64,000 nt of DNA, taken from positions 2,080,001 through 2,144,000 of the forward strand of contig OZ240248.1 in NCBI GenBank assembly GCA_965198235.1, read 5' to 3'. Made by a program: the position numbers and the translations under genes. The notes beneath the pieces are model-generated. The model was not told the origin of the DNA and did not search any database. It saw nothing but the letters and a program-made list of their open reading frames with translations. Shown here one piece after another: positions 37,855 to 48,741 of this stretch (its first letter is position 1; each line of letters begins with the position of its first letter). The stretch is from Candidatus Poribacteria bacterium (GTDB taxonomy: Bacteria > Poribacteria > WGA-4E > WGA-3G).

Positions 37855-39663
37855 CTACAAATCTCCTTTCTCCTGTCCCTTATACTGCAGTTGATACAAC
37901 CGATAATAGATACCGCCCTGTTGCAATAACTCGTTGTGTGTGCCGGTCTCCCGGATCTCGCCGCGATGCATCACGATAATCTTGTCCGCATTTCGGATCG
38001 TCGAAAGTCGGTGCGCAATGACAACGGAAGTCCGATTTTCCATCAAACGACTCAAAGCATCCTCAATCAGGAGTTCGGTCTCGGTGTCAACGCTTGAGGT
38101 CGCTTCGTCAAGGATGAGGATACTCGGATCGGAGGCTAACGCACGCGCAAAGGCGACCAACTGCTTCTGTCCAACAGATAACCCACCACCATCCTCTTTA
38201 ATCTCTGTGCTGTAAATGTCAGGCATCTTCTGAACGAATCGGTCTAAATGGACATCTTGCGCTGCGCGCTTCACGTGCTCCGACGAGACTGACGGATTGC
38301 CTAAACTAATGTTCCGTTCAATTGAATCGGAAAAGAGGAAGATGTTTTGTTGCACGATGCTGATCGCTTCCCGCAGCGCCTCGACGTTCATCTCTTGAAT
38401 ATCCACACCGTCAATCAAGATTTGTCCCTTATTAATCTCATAGAATCGGCAAAGCAGATTGATGATAGAAGTTTTCCCTGACCCAGTATGCCCCACGAGT
38501 GCAACCTTTTCACCCGGTTTCACCTTGAATGAGACATCCCGCAGAACATAGTCATCGTCGTTGTAGGCGAACCAGACGTTTCGGAATTCAATCTCGCCTT
38601 TCAGATGATCCACGCCGGTTTTAGGAGTGGTAGAAACGATAGTCGGTTGCGTATCAAGCAGTTGGAAAATACGCTCGGAAGATGCCATCGCGTTTTGGAA
38701 GATGGTATATTTTTCGCTGAGTTCGCGGATGGGCCAGAAGAGACGTTCGGCGTAACGGATGAATGCTAACAACACGCCGAAACTCAGCGCGTCTTGCACA
38801 ACCTGGCCACCACCGTGCCAGATAATCACGGCTATTGCAAGAGAAGCCGTCACTTCAATCAGCGGGTGAAAAATTGAGAAATAGAAGATGCTTCGGAGGT
38901 TAGCAGTGAGGTATCTCCGGTTGCGCTCGTTAAAGCGGAGATGGCTCCGCCGCTCTTGTGCGAAAAGCTTCATCGTCGTCATACCGACGATGTTCTCTTG
39001 CAAAAAAGCATTGATTCGCGCAAGCTGCTTACGTTGTTCCCGAAACGCACGGCGCGAATAAATCTGGTAGACAAGCGTCGCACCGAAGATGATTGGAGTC
39101 ACGGTGAACGTCACGAGTGCGAGCCTCCAGTTATAAAGTAGCATTGCCACCATGATCCCCAAAATCTGGAGCAGGTTCGCGAAGACAGTAATCACACCAG
39201 AGGCAAAGAGTTCGTTGAGGACCTGAACATCTCCCATAACGCGGGTCATCAGTCTGCCAACCGGATTTTTATCAAAAAATTGAACGTCCAAGCGTTGCAA
39301 ATGTGAAAAGAGCGTTTGTCGCAGATCGTGCATCACATGTTGCCCAATCATTTGCATACGATACTCTTCAAAGTAGCTAAATGCGAACTCACCAATCAAT
39401 GCCAATACGTAAAAAATCGCGATCGTAATTAATCCGTCTAATATGCCGGGAGTAATGTGTTCGTCAATACCACGCTGCAGTAGGTACGGTCCGACTAAGC
39501 GTGAGAGTGTATTCCCCACCATGAGAAATCCAATGATGAGCAGCTGGAGTTTGTAAGGTTTGAGATACGAAAGAAGTCGTCTCATCAATACCCTGTCATA
39601 GACTTTCCCGAGGTCTTGCTCCTCATCGCTATATTCGTATAGTTCGCCGCCCATGCCGAACAT
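37855..39663 (-). CDS. ABC exporter ATP-binding/permease subunit (MdlB-like)
   Basis: TMD plus GHTGSGKT, LSVGQKQ, LDEATS. Confidence 0.95.
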   Translation of the reverse strand: MFGMGGELYEYSDEEQDLGKVYDRVLMRRLLSYLKPYKLQLLIIGFLMVGNTLSRLVGPYLLQRGIDEHITPGILDGLITIAIFYVLALIGEFAFSYFEEYRMQMIGQHVMHDLRQTLFSHLQRLDVQFFDKNPVGRLMTRVMGDVQVLNELFASGVITVFANLLQILGIMVAMLLYNWRLALVTFTVTPIIFGATLVYQIYSRRAFREQRKQLARINAFLQENIVGMTTMKLFAQERRSHLRFNERNRRYLTANLRSIFYFSIFHPLIEVTASLAIAVIIWHGGGQVVQDALSFGVLLAFIRYAERLFWPIRELSEKYTIFQNAMASSERIFQLLDTQPTIVSTTPKTGVDHLKGEIEFRNVWFAYNDDDYVLRDVSFKVKPGEKVALVGHTGSGKTSIINLLCRFYEINKGQILIDGVDIQEMNVEALREAISIVQQNIFLFSDSIERNISLGNPSVSSEHVKRAAQDVHLDRFVQKMPDIYSTEIKEDGGGLSVGQKQLVAFARALASDPSILILDEATSSVDTETELLIEDALSRLMENRTSVVIAHRLSTIRNADKIIVMHRGEIRETGTHNELLQQGGIYYRLYQLQYKGQEKGDL

Positions 39664-39788
39664 AGGTGGATTCCTCCTTTTTAAAATTCTTCACGTTAAA
39701 ATTCTTCACGCCTAAACTAAGGTAGGTGCGGTTTGCAACCGCACTGGACTTATAGTGGCTCAGCAATTATAAGTTGTATTAGACTGCC

Positions 39789-41552
39789 TTAAAGTTCCTC
39801 AAGTTCCTCTTGCAAGAGTTGTGTTTCGTAGATGCCGGCGTAAATCCCGTTGTGTTCAAGCAGTTGTTCGTGTGTGCCTGTTTCAACAATGCTACCGTCA
39901 TTGAGAACGATAATGTGGTCGGCGTTTTTGACGGTAGAGATCCGATGCGAAATGAGGATAGTCGTGCGATCCTTCATAATTTCGTCGAGTCGGGTGAGAA
40001 TGGTATCCTCGGTCTGGGTATCCACGTTCGCGAAGGCATCGTCGAGGATAAGAATTTTGGGTTTGATGATAATTGCGCGTGCGAGTGCGCTCCGTTGCCG
40101 CTGGCCACCTGAGATCGTTATGCCACGTTCACCGAGGAAGGTTTCCAGTCCGTTAGGGAATTCCTCAATCTGTGCGAGGATATCTGCGGTATGTGCTGCA
40201 TCTTTCACTTCTTCATCATCTGCCGTTTCAAGACCGTAGGTAATGTTATTCCGCAGATAGTCTGAGAAAAGAAACGGTTCTTGCTCCACGAATCCGATAT
40301 TGGAGCGGAGGACGTTTAGCGGTATGTCCTGAAGGTCTACCCCGTCGATAAAGATAGTGCCACGTTCTGCTTGACGAATACGCGGAATGAGGTTGACGAG
40401 CGTGGATTTCCCGGACCCCGTCCCGCCGACGATAGCGAGGGTCATGCCACGCTCAATTTTGAGGTTGACGTTTTTGAGCACAGGCGTTCCGTCCGGGTAA
40501 TCAAAATTCAGGTTTCTAAACTCAATCTCGCCATCAATGTTTCTAATCCCCCATTTCACCTGTTCGTCGTCGAAGATTTCTGGCTTTTCATTAAGGATTG
40601 CTTGAATCCGATCCATAGACGCTGCACCACGTTCAAAGGTGTTGACGATGAAACCGAGGGTGATCATCGGACGGACGAGCATCGCGAGATAGGCACTGAA
40701 CGCCACAAAATCACCGAGTGTAATCTTCTGTTCAATGACATGGAGCCCTCCCATCCAAAGCAGAACAACACCGCCAATACCCGGTAGAAAGCGGAAAAGC
40801 GGAAAGAAGAAAGTCATCAATCGGATTTGTCGGTGGTTGCGATTGACAAACTCTTGGTTCAACTCCTGGAAGTGCTCAATTTCATCCGCCTCAAGTGTGT
40901 ACGCTTTTACAACGCGGACACCAGACAAATTCTCCTGTACCTTGGTATTCAGCGTTGAGAATGCCTCTTGGATACCCTCGTAGTGGGCGTGTAACCGCTT
41001 TCCGAGGGAGCGAATTAAGACGGCAAGGATTGGATAGGGCAGTAAGGCAACAACCGTTAGGGTTGCATCAATGTGCAGCATGATGGCAAGCGCGAACCCG
41101 AAGAACACTATAGCATCCGCTGTATACATCACAGCACTGCTCAGTACCATTCTGATGGCGTTTAAGTCGCTGGTTGCGCGTGTCATCAGATCGCCGGTGC
41201 GGACGTTATCGTAATAGGCGGCGGAGAGTTTTTGGAGATGGAGAAAGAAGTCAGCGCGAAGGTGAAATTCCATCTGCCGAGCGACCCCTTGGATGGTGCG
41301 TCGTTGGATGAAGCGCAGGATACCTGCAAAGAGCGCGACCCCAAAAATGAGTAGCGAGAAAAAGAGGATCCGTCCCGGAGATACCGTAAAGTCTGGGTCT
41401 CTGAAAGCGCGTTCTAATTCATCAAAAACCGATTGGAGAATCTTTGGACTGATTAGAAGTATCCCATTCGTCACAACCACAAGGCAGAAGCTGAATATGA
41501 TGGCGTATCGATACCGAATGACATACTTCTTGAGACCTAATAAACTGCGAAT
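39789..41552 (-). CDS. ABC exporter ATP-binding/permease subunit (MdlA-like); probable ATT start at 41552
   Basis: GGTGSGKS, ISGGQRQR, degenerate LDDAFA Walker B typical of heterodimeric exporters. Confidence 0.93.
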   Translation of the reverse strand: MRSLLGLKKYVIRYRYAIIFSFCLVVVTNGILLISPKILQSVFDELERAFRDPDFTVSPGRILFFSLLIFGVALFAGILRFIQRRTIQGVARQMEFHLRADFFLHLQKLSAAYYDNVRTGDLMTRATSDLNAIRMVLSSAVMYTADAIVFFGFALAIMLHIDATLTVVALLPYPILAVLIRSLGKRLHAHYEGIQEAFSTLNTKVQENLSGVRVVKAYTLEADEIEHFQELNQEFVNRNHRQIRLMTFFFPLFRFLPGIGGVVLLWMGGLHVIEQKITLGDFVAFSAYLAMLVRPMITLGFIVNTFERGAASMDRIQAILNEKPEIFDDEQVKWGIRNIDGEIEFRNLNFDYPDGTPVLKNVNLKIERGMTLAIVGGTGSGKSTLVNLIPRIRQAERGTIFIDGVDLQDIPLNVLRSNIGFVEQEPFLFSDYLRNNITYGLETADDEEVKDAAHTADILAQIEEFPNGLETFLGERGITISGGQRQRSALARAIIIKPKILILDDAFANVDTQTEDTILTRLDEIMKDRTTILISHRISTVKNADHIIVLNDGSIVETGTHEQLLEHNGIYAGIYETQLLQEELEEL

Positions 41553-41679
41553 GGTGGAACTCCTTTGTGGCGAGTGAGTCTTGCCACGTGGTGTTATGTT
41601 AAGAGGGCTTTTATATTTTGACGTAAATCTTGGCTATCAGTATTAATCAAGTTTTCGGTAATACTAAGAATCCTCTTCC

Positions 41680-41748
41680 TGTAGGAGCGAGCTGCGCTCG
41701 CGACTGATTACGGAAGCCTTTTCCTGTAGGAGCGAGTTGTGCTCGCGA
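41680..41748 (+). repeat. Two GTAG-type REP-like palindromes
   Basis: GTAGGAGCGAGCTGCGCTCGCGA and GTAGGAGCGAGTTGTGCTCGCGA; related inverted copy near 54732-54754. Confidence 0.7.
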
Positions 41749-41874
41749 CGCCTCAGGAACACGTAAAAGTGCCTCCAAGGATGTGCATAAGTGAACCATT
41801 ATCTGCTTATAGTGTAGTAAAATCCACCTATGCAACCGTTATGGCGCACCCAGAACTATCATCAAGGAGTGAAT

Positions 41875-43926
41875 ATGAAACAAAATCGAAAACCTGCCCC
41901 CTTTCATGTCGTGCAGGGTGACACCGAAGGAACTACATGGTCACTACCTGATGGGGCAGTGGCTCGGCTGGGGAAAGGGGAACACAAAACTCCTGGAGGC
42001 GACGTGAAACTTTCTCTCGATGGCACGTATTTCGCGACTGCAACCAGCATTGGGCTCTGGTGGTATGATGTGTCCTCTATGTCTCCTATCGCATTGTGGG
42101 AAACAGAACGAGGCGGGATTAACGCTATTGATTTCTCACCCGATGGCAAGAACATTTCTATTGCTAATTGGGACGGTATCCTTAAAGTGATGGACGTTCA
42201 GAGCGGTGAGACTATCACTCAGATAGACAAGGAAGATAGATACGTACATATTGGCTTCTCACCCGACAGCAGCAAGTGGGTTGTCGCCGATATGAGCGGT
42301 ATCATTCAAGTTCTAGATACTAAAACCGGTCAGTGCATTGCGCAGATGGATCGAAGGGCACACGAATTTCAATCAAATGACGTTTCCCAACTTGAATTTT
42401 CACCTAACGGACAATACATCGCAGGGGCAGTAGAAAACGAACATTATCGTGAGGGTAAGGTTATGAATCCTGACACAGGAGGAAGGCAAACTTACATCTG
42501 GAGTACAGAGACGGGCGTGCCATTAATCAAATTCGCGGGCAGAAATTTCGCTTTTTCCGCAGATAGTCGACTGCTGGCGTGCGCCACACCTGACGAAACA
42601 GCGAATGATGCCAATAGCGTTCCTCACTTTATTTCAGTATATGATGTGACGAAGGGCGAGCGCATCGCTTACTTCACTGGACACAGTAGTTGGGTACACA
42701 CCGTCACTTTTTCACCATGCGGTCAGTTTCTCGCGTCATGTGACACAGATAAAATCCTATGCGTGTGGGATTTGTCAAAGCGAACGCTGAAAGAGACTTA
42801 CACGGACTGCGGCACTCCATTTTACACTCAGGATGGCGTGCTACTTACCGTCAGGTCTCATCCTGGAAGTATCGAAGTAAAAAATGTAGAACGCGGTGGA
42901 AAACTACAGACAATTGAGCGTCAATTCGGGAGTATTGGTCATAAATGGTTTTCAAAATGCCCGCAGTTGGCTATCGCTCACACACTTTCCGAAAAACGGA
43001 TGAAAGGAGAGCCACAAACATTCTCAACACTTCGTGAACCAACAACTTTCCCGGATCCGGTGCTGTTTCTACCGGATGGACAAACACTTGCGAGCAGAAG
43101 TGATGCCAGAGGTGTTGTGTTATGGGATGTTAAACGTAAGCAGGCACAGGAAACATTACTGAAGGATACGCGTATCACCTCTTTTACTGTTTTGCCGTGT
43201 GGAAACATTCTCGCTGCCTATATCCAAGACAACGTTCGTGTATGGGATGCTGAGAACCCTGAGAAACCCATTGCTGAATTCACCGAACAGGCACGATTAG
43301 TCTGGCATATAGCATTCGCACCAACAGACGATCGACTTGCGGTTGGAAGTAGAGAAGGCACAATCTATCTATACGATTTTAAACGTAATGAGAAGTTGAA
43401 ACCTCTCATAGGACACACAGATTTCATCTGGTCAGTGTCCTTCTCACCAGATGGCAAACGACTGGCAAGTGGTTCAAGCGACAAAACCGCTCGTCTGTGG
43501 GATGTGGCATCTGGCGAAGAGATCGCAACGTTCCCCTTGGATGAACCTCGTACACTTATGGAGATAGCATTTTCGCCGTGTGGCAGCGTGATTGCTGGTG
43601 GAATGTTCGGAGAGCTCCGGTTGTGGTGTGCCGAAACCCTGACAACGCTTTTTGCGATACCGCAGCCACAGACACAAAAGCCTTACGCTCTGGCATTTTC
43701 ACCGTGTGGACGTTATCTCGCATCGGGCACATGGTGGAAGATAGGCATGGAGAAAATGGCAATTAGATTATGGGAAGTAGCAAACGGTGAAAATATCGCT
43801 ACCTTCTGGGGCCATCCGACAGACATTCAGTCGCTTGCTTTTTCACCGGACGGTGAACTTCTGGCAAGTGGCGGTTTTGATCGTACTGTCCTCCTTTGGG
43901 ATGTGAAGCCTTTTTTAGGGTATTAA
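41875..43926 (+). CDS. WD40 repeat protein
   Basis: Multiple GH...FSPDG...LASGS.D..W repeats; LPDGAVARLGKG N-terminal motif. Confidence 0.92.
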   Translation: MKQNRKPAPFHVVQGDTEGTTWSLPDGAVARLGKGEHKTPGGDVKLSLDGTYFATATSIGLWWYDVSSMSPIALWETERGGINAIDFSPDGKNISIANWDGILKVMDVQSGETITQIDKEDRYVHIGFSPDSSKWVVADMSGIIQVLDTKTGQCIAQMDRRAHEFQSNDVSQLEFSPNGQYIAGAVENEHYREGKVMNPDTGGRQTYIWSTETGVPLIKFAGRNFAFSADSRLLACATPDETANDANSVPHFISVYDVTKGERIAYFTGHSSWVHTVTFSPCGQFLASCDTDKILCVWDLSKRTLKETYTDCGTPFYTQDGVLLTVRSHPGSIEVKNVERGGKLQTIERQFGSIGHKWFSKCPQLAIAHTLSEKRMKGEPQTFSTLREPTTFPDPVLFLPDGQTLASRSDARGVVLWDVKRKQAQETLLKDTRITSFTVLPCGNILAAYIQDNVRVWDAENPEKPIAEFTEQARLVWHIAFAPTDDRLAVGSREGTIYLYDFKRNEKLKPLIGHTDFIWSVSFSPDGKRLASGSSDKTARLWDVASGEEIATFPLDEPRTLMEIAFSPCGSVIAGGMFGELRLWCAETLTTLFAIPQPQTQKPYALAFSPCGRYLASGTWWKIGMEKMAIRLWEVANGENIATFWGHPTDIQSLAFSPDGELLASGGFDRTVLLWDVKPFLGY

Positions 43927-43964
43927 GGCTCATGTATCATGAATTCAAGGTAAGGGACTCGAAA

Positions 43965-44208
43965 CGTAGGTTGGGTTGAACGAAATAAGAAGAATGATGC
44001 CGACAGCAGAACACACCTCAAACGTCATACCTCGTCCTATGCCACCACGGCAGCAGTGAAACCCAACTTCATACCACGGGATTCTCGGAACCGTCATAGT
44101 GAAGCGTTGGGTTTCACTTGGTATCTCTACGATAAAGACTATATGGTTCACACATCGGTTGTCTCTACCTGTTAGTCTTTCGATCTTGTCCGTTCAACCC
44201 AACCTACG
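43965..44208. repeat. REP-doublet/MITE with 18-bp inverted ends CGTAGGTTGGGTTGAACG
   Basis: Perfect terminal IR plus internal IR AGTGAAACCCAAC/GTTGGGTTTCACT; half copies near 29049 and 63934. Confidence 0.8.
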
Positions 44209-44397
44209 ATGCTATGATGCAACTTTTTCTTAAATTGATACCTATGGTGCGTTTACAAACTGCATCTACTGGGTCTCGCTAACTACTGACCGTCGATTGC
44301 TAAGTACTGAGTGCCTCTGGGAAAAAATATATTGACAGTATTGTTTTCTGCAATGTATGATATGCAAAACGGACTCTATCATAGGAGGAAAACAAAT

Positions 44398-45861
44398 TTG
44401 GCGGCAGATATTGGACTCATCGGATTAGCAGTGATGGGTGAAAACCTCGCACTGAATATGGAGAGCAAAGGGTTTGAGGTAGCAGTCTTCAACCGTACCG
44501 TTTCACGGGTAGACGCTTTCATGACAGGTGTTGCAAATGGAAAAAACATCACTGGGGCGCATTCCGTTCCAGAACTCATTGGAAAACTAAACAGCCCCCG
44601 CAAAATTATCTTGATGGTGAAAGCGGGCGAACCCGTCGATGCGTTTATAGGGCAATTGGTCCCGCATCTTTCAAAGGGCGACCTCATTATTGACGGCGGA
44701 AACTCCAATTTCAACGACACTGTCCGTCGACATGCGGAGTTGGCTGAGCAGGACATTCTGTTTATCGGGACAGGTATCTCCGGTGGCGAAGAGGGCGCGC
44801 TCAAAGGACCGGCGATGATGCCGGGAGGTTCAGCCGAGGCTTATTCCCTCGTGGAGCCGATCTTTACGAAGATTGCGGCGCAGGTGGAAGGCACACCGTG
44901 CTGCTCCTACATCGGACCGGATGGCGCGGGGCATTATGTCAAAATGGTGCATAACGGCATCGAATACGGCGATATGCAGCTGATATGTGAAGCCTACTCT
45001 CTGATGAAAGGCATCTTGGGAATGGACGCCGACGAGATGCACGAGGTCTTCAGCGAATGGAATCGTGGTGAACTGAATTCTTACCTCATCGAAATTACGG
45101 CTGACATCTTCACACAACTCGATAAGAGTGGCACGCCTTTCGTTGATGTCGTACTGGACCAAGCAGGGCAGAAAGGCACCGGCAAATGGACGAGTATCTC
45201 GGCACTGGATCTCGGTATCTCTGCGCCGACGATCGCGGAGGCGGTTTTTGCGCGGTGCATCTCTGCCGTTAAAAGCGAACGTGTTGCAGCAGAACAGGTT
45301 ATCCAAGGACCCGCTGGCACCTATCAAGGCGACCGGGCCGAGGCACTAAAAGCGATTCATGATGCGCTTTACGCCGCGAAAATCTGCTCTTACGCCCAAG
45401 GCTTTGCCTTAATGCGAGAGGCAAGCGAAGAGTTCGGATGGGATTTGGATCTCGGCATGATTAGTTTAGGCTGGCGCGGCGGATGTATCATTCGGGCGAA
45501 ATTCCTGCATCGGATCGCAGAGGCGTTTGAGCGCAATCCTGCGCTACCGAACCTAATGCTTGATTCCTACTTCCGGGATGTGCTTGAAACCGCCCAACCG
45601 AATTGGCGAAGTGTTATCGGCACAGCCACGCAACTCGGTGTTCCTATCCCGGCATTCAGTTCCGCTTTAGCCTATTTCGATAGTTACCGCAGTGGCAGAC
45701 TTTCCGCGAATCTGATTCAGGCGATGCGCGACTATTTCGGTGCACACACCTACCATAAACTTGATGCAGATGGAAACACAGTTCTCGGAAAAGATGGGGA
45801 ACCGACGGTGTTCCATACGGAATGGATGCTGGAAGGTCGCCCGGAAGTCATTGTTGATTAG
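44398..45861 (+). CDS. gnd: 6-phosphogluconate dehydrogenase, NADP-dependent, decarboxylating
   Basis: IGLIGLAVMGENLALN, VKMVHNGIEYGDMQ; TTG start after AGGAGG. Confidence 0.97.
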   Translation: MAADIGLIGLAVMGENLALNMESKGFEVAVFNRTVSRVDAFMTGVANGKNITGAHSVPELIGKLNSPRKIILMVKAGEPVDAFIGQLVPHLSKGDLIIDGGNSNFNDTVRRHAELAEQDILFIGTGISGGEEGALKGPAMMPGGSAEAYSLVEPIFTKIAAQVEGTPCCSYIGPDGAGHYVKMVHNGIEYGDMQLICEAYSLMKGILGMDADEMHEVFSEWNRGELNSYLIEITADIFTQLDKSGTPFVDVVLDQAGQKGTGKWTSISALDLGISAPTIAEAVFARCISAVKSERVAAEQVIQGPAGTYQGDRAEALKAIHDALYAAKICSYAQGFALMREASEEFGWDLDLGMISLGWRGGCIIRAKFLHRIAEAFERNPALPNLMLDSYFRDVLETAQPNWRSVIGTATQLGVPIPAFSSALAYFDSYRSGRLSANLIQAMRDYFGAHTYHKLDADGNTVLGKDGEPTVFHTEWMLEGRPEVIVD

Positions 45862-46100
45862 ATTTTAAAATATTGGGTTTCTGACCTGCGTTCCAAGTGT
45901 AAAGCAAAGACAAATTATGCCATTTAAGGAAACCTAATTTCATTACGCGCAGGTTTTCGGTTATTCTGTAGGGCTTTTTAAAATCGGACCCGTAGCCCGT
46001 AATGAAATGGAGGGGTTTTTGCTTGGGTATTTCTTCAGATTTAAGAATGGCACGTCAAAATCTTGACGCACGTCGTTCTTCCGCAAGGTAAAATTAAAAA

Positions 46101-46997
46101 ATGGATCACGGATCACAACAGGTATTACACGATTTTGAACCGCAACACGAGTTTTTCGTTGGAATTGATTCGGACGGTTGTGTTTTCAATAGCATGGAGG
46201 TCAAACACAACGACTGTTTCAGTGTGAACCTCGTCAAACATTTCGGCTTAGCATCTATTTCACGACAGGTACATCAGGCATGGGATTTCGTCAACCTCTA
46301 CTCAAAAACGCGAGGCACAAACCGGTTTAAGGCGATCCTGTTGGTGTGCGATTTCTTACGCGAAATGCCACTCGTGCAAAAGATGGGAGTTGCGGTGCCA
46401 GAACTGGCTCACCTGCGAGAATGGTCGGAAACGGAGACGAAACTCGGTAATCCCGCGCTACAATCCGCAATCGACAATGCAACTGGAGAACGACTTGACG
46501 AATTGAGCCAAGTGATGGAGTGGAGTCTCGGTGTGAACGAAAGTGTCGCAGAGATTGTCTACAACCTCCCGCCGTTTCCTGGGGTGCGTGAGACACTGCA
46601 ACGGCTTCAGGGCAAATCGGATGTCATCGTTGTCTCCGCTACGCCGGATGAGGCACTCATACGGGAATGGGCTGAACACGAAATAGACACCTACGTCGCG
46701 CTGATTGCCGGACAGGAGATGGGGACAAAGACGGAACATCTCACGATAACGGCGAAAGACAGGTACCCCGAAAACCACGTCTTAATGCTCGGTGATTCAC
46801 CCGGCGACCTGAAAGCGGCAAGAGATGTGGGGGCACTGTTCTTCCCCGTCAATCCCGGTTCCGAGGACACATCGTGGCAGCTGTTCCTTGACGAGGCGAT
46901 GGGTAAATTCTTCGATGGACAATACGCAGGTGCTTATGAAGACGCGTTGATTGACAAATTTCAGGAATTGTTGCCAGAAACACCACCGTGGGGGTGA
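46101..46997 (+). CDS. HAD-superfamily hydrolase
   Basis: GIDSDGCVF, VVSAT, MLGDSPGD. Confidence 0.88.
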   Translation: MDHGSQQVLHDFEPQHEFFVGIDSDGCVFNSMEVKHNDCFSVNLVKHFGLASISRQVHQAWDFVNLYSKTRGTNRFKAILLVCDFLREMPLVQKMGVAVPELAHLREWSETETKLGNPALQSAIDNATGERLDELSQVMEWSLGVNESVAEIVYNLPPFPGVRETLQRLQGKSDVIVVSATPDEALIREWAEHEIDTYVALIAGQEMGTKTEHLTITAKDRYPENHVLMLGDSPGDLKAARDVGALFFPVNPGSEDTSWQLFLDEAMGKFFDGQYAGAYEDALIDKFQELLPETPPWG

Positions 46998-47112
46998 AGG
47001 TTTCTTAATTATTTACACACCCCGTAGCCCATAACGAAGTGGAGGGCGGATCTACGGGAAAGGACGTGAACTCTCCAACTTACTTGATCGAACCGCAAGG
47101 AAAAATTAAAAT

Positions 47113-48063
47113 ATGAAAATTCTACTTCAAGGACGTGTTGAAGGTGAGCTACTCCAGAGATTGGAAAGCATCGTCGGCGACGAGCATACCTTTGTAACCC
47201 CAGGTTCACGCGAGGAGCTTATCGAAGAAGGCAAAAATGCTGAAGTCTTCTACGGCTACTGTAGCGAGGACCTTTTCCCGCACCTACCGAATATCAAATG
47301 GATTCAATCTTCCAGCGCAGGCATGGACCGACACATGTATCCTGCCATCCGTGAGAGCGATGTTATTTTGACGAACGCTGCGGGCTTATACGCGACGCAC
47401 GTCGCGGACCAAGCGTTTGCACTGTTGCTCGGTTTGGCACGCGGTATCCATGAATCCATTCGGAATCAGGACAAACACCAATGGGGCGGTAACAGGAAAA
47501 TGCCGATGATCGAAATTGATGGGTTCAAGATCGGTATCGTCGGCATGGGTGGTATCGGGATGCAGATGGCAAAGCGCGCAAAAGGCTTTGATATGTACGT
47601 TATGGCTGTCGATGCCTACCGCACCGATAAACCCGATAACGTTGATGAACTCATGCCGATGGATCAGCTTTCAAATATGATGAGTCAAGTGGATGTTGTG
47701 ATGATTGCGTGTCCGTTGACCGAGGAGACACGTGGACTCATCAATAAGGACAACCTATCCGTGATGCAACCGACAGCGTTCTTTATCAACGTCGCCCGTG
47801 GTCCGATTGTCAATGAGCCGGATCTGATTGAGATTCTACGCGCTGGTACAATTGCGGCGGTAGGTTTGGATGTCACCGAGATCGAACCGCTCCCTGCAGA
47901 CAGTCCGTTGTGGGATTTTGACAATATTATTATTTCGCCACATTCGGCGGGAGGTTCACAGCGCCGTATGCACCGTATTACTTCATTCTTCTTGGATAAC
48001 TTGGAACGGTATCTGAAGGGCGAAGAACTGAAGAATGTTGTGAACAAACAACTCGGTTTCTAA
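47113..48063 (+). CDS. D-2-hydroxyacid dehydrogenase
   Basis: GIVGMGGIG, INVARG, LDVTEIEPLP, ISPHSAG. Confidence 0.93.
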   Translation: MKILLQGRVEGELLQRLESIVGDEHTFVTPGSREELIEEGKNAEVFYGYCSEDLFPHLPNIKWIQSSSAGMDRHMYPAIRESDVILTNAAGLYATHVADQAFALLLGLARGIHESIRNQDKHQWGGNRKMPMIEIDGFKIGIVGMGGIGMQMAKRAKGFDMYVMAVDAYRTDKPDNVDELMPMDQLSNMMSQVDVVMIACPLTEETRGLINKDNLSVMQPTAFFINVARGPIVNEPDLIEILRAGTIAAVGLDVTEIEPLPADSPLWDFDNIIISPHSAGGSQRRMHRITSFFLDNLERYLKGEELKNVVNKQLGF

Positions 48064-48083
48064 CAAGGATATCTAATTTCTCC

Positions 48084-48118
48084 AATGCCTCGATCTCGCG
48101 ATCGGGGCATTATTTTTT
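48084..48118 (+). terminator. Intrinsic terminator
   Basis: AATGCCTCGATC-TCGC-GATCGGGGCATT followed by a T tract. Confidence 0.7.
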
Positions 48119-48122
48119 AGCC

Positions 48123-48325
48123 ATGATTGAATACGAAGGTTATATCGGAGTCATTGATTTTGACCCGGAAATAGACCTGTTTCACGGAACAGTGATTAAT
48201 ACGCAGGACGTGATCACATTTACGGGGCATCTGTAACTGAACTTTGGGAGGAGATGCAAAAGTCGCTTGAGGTCTACTTTGAAGTTTGTGAGGAACAAGG
48301 AAAAGTGCCAGATAAACCTTTCTCA
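48123..48325 (+). pseudogene. Frameshifted HicB-family antitoxin
   Basis: MIEYEGYIGVIDFDPEIDLFHGTVINTQDVITF / GASVTEL / EVCEEQGKVPDKPFS across shifting frames. Confidence 0.75.
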
Positions 48326-48433
48326 GACATATTTTCCTCTTGATTCTTCTCTCCAAATGTCGTATTATTTTAAGAACGGGTTGTGAGGACGTTTATCGAT
48401 TTTTCCAATACATAAAGCAACGGAGAAGAATCA

Positions 48434-48619
48434 ATGGATATGTTAGCTGAAAGATTAGACGCTAAATTACGCGAATGGGAACCGAATATTGCGGTGACAG
48501 CCCGGGAACGAATTTCGGAAATCATTGATCTCGCAGACCAAGATGCGTTGGATATAATGCGATCGCGTGCTGTAGAATAGGAAGTTTTGGATCTACTTGA
48601 TGAACCCATATCCCGGTGA
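48434..48619 (+). pseudogene. Putative antitoxin with internal TAG (48578-48580)
   Basis: MDMLAERLDAKLREW...RSRAVE*EVLDLLDEPISR*; overlaps the start of the toxin fragment. Confidence 0.6.
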
Positions 48620-48705
48620 AATTTGGTTAGCGGACCTTGGTTTAGCTGCGAAAGCACGACTTATTCTCGTGGTATCTCGTTACGACCCAGATCCATCACG
48701 AGCTA
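48600..48705 (+). pseudogene. N-terminal fragment of a PemK/MazF toxin
   Basis: MNPYPGEIWLADLGLAAKARLILVVSRYDPDP; similarity ends after this. Confidence 0.7.
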
Positions 48706-48741
48706 TGATGCTGAAACACAAACCATGCAGAAGGAACACAG

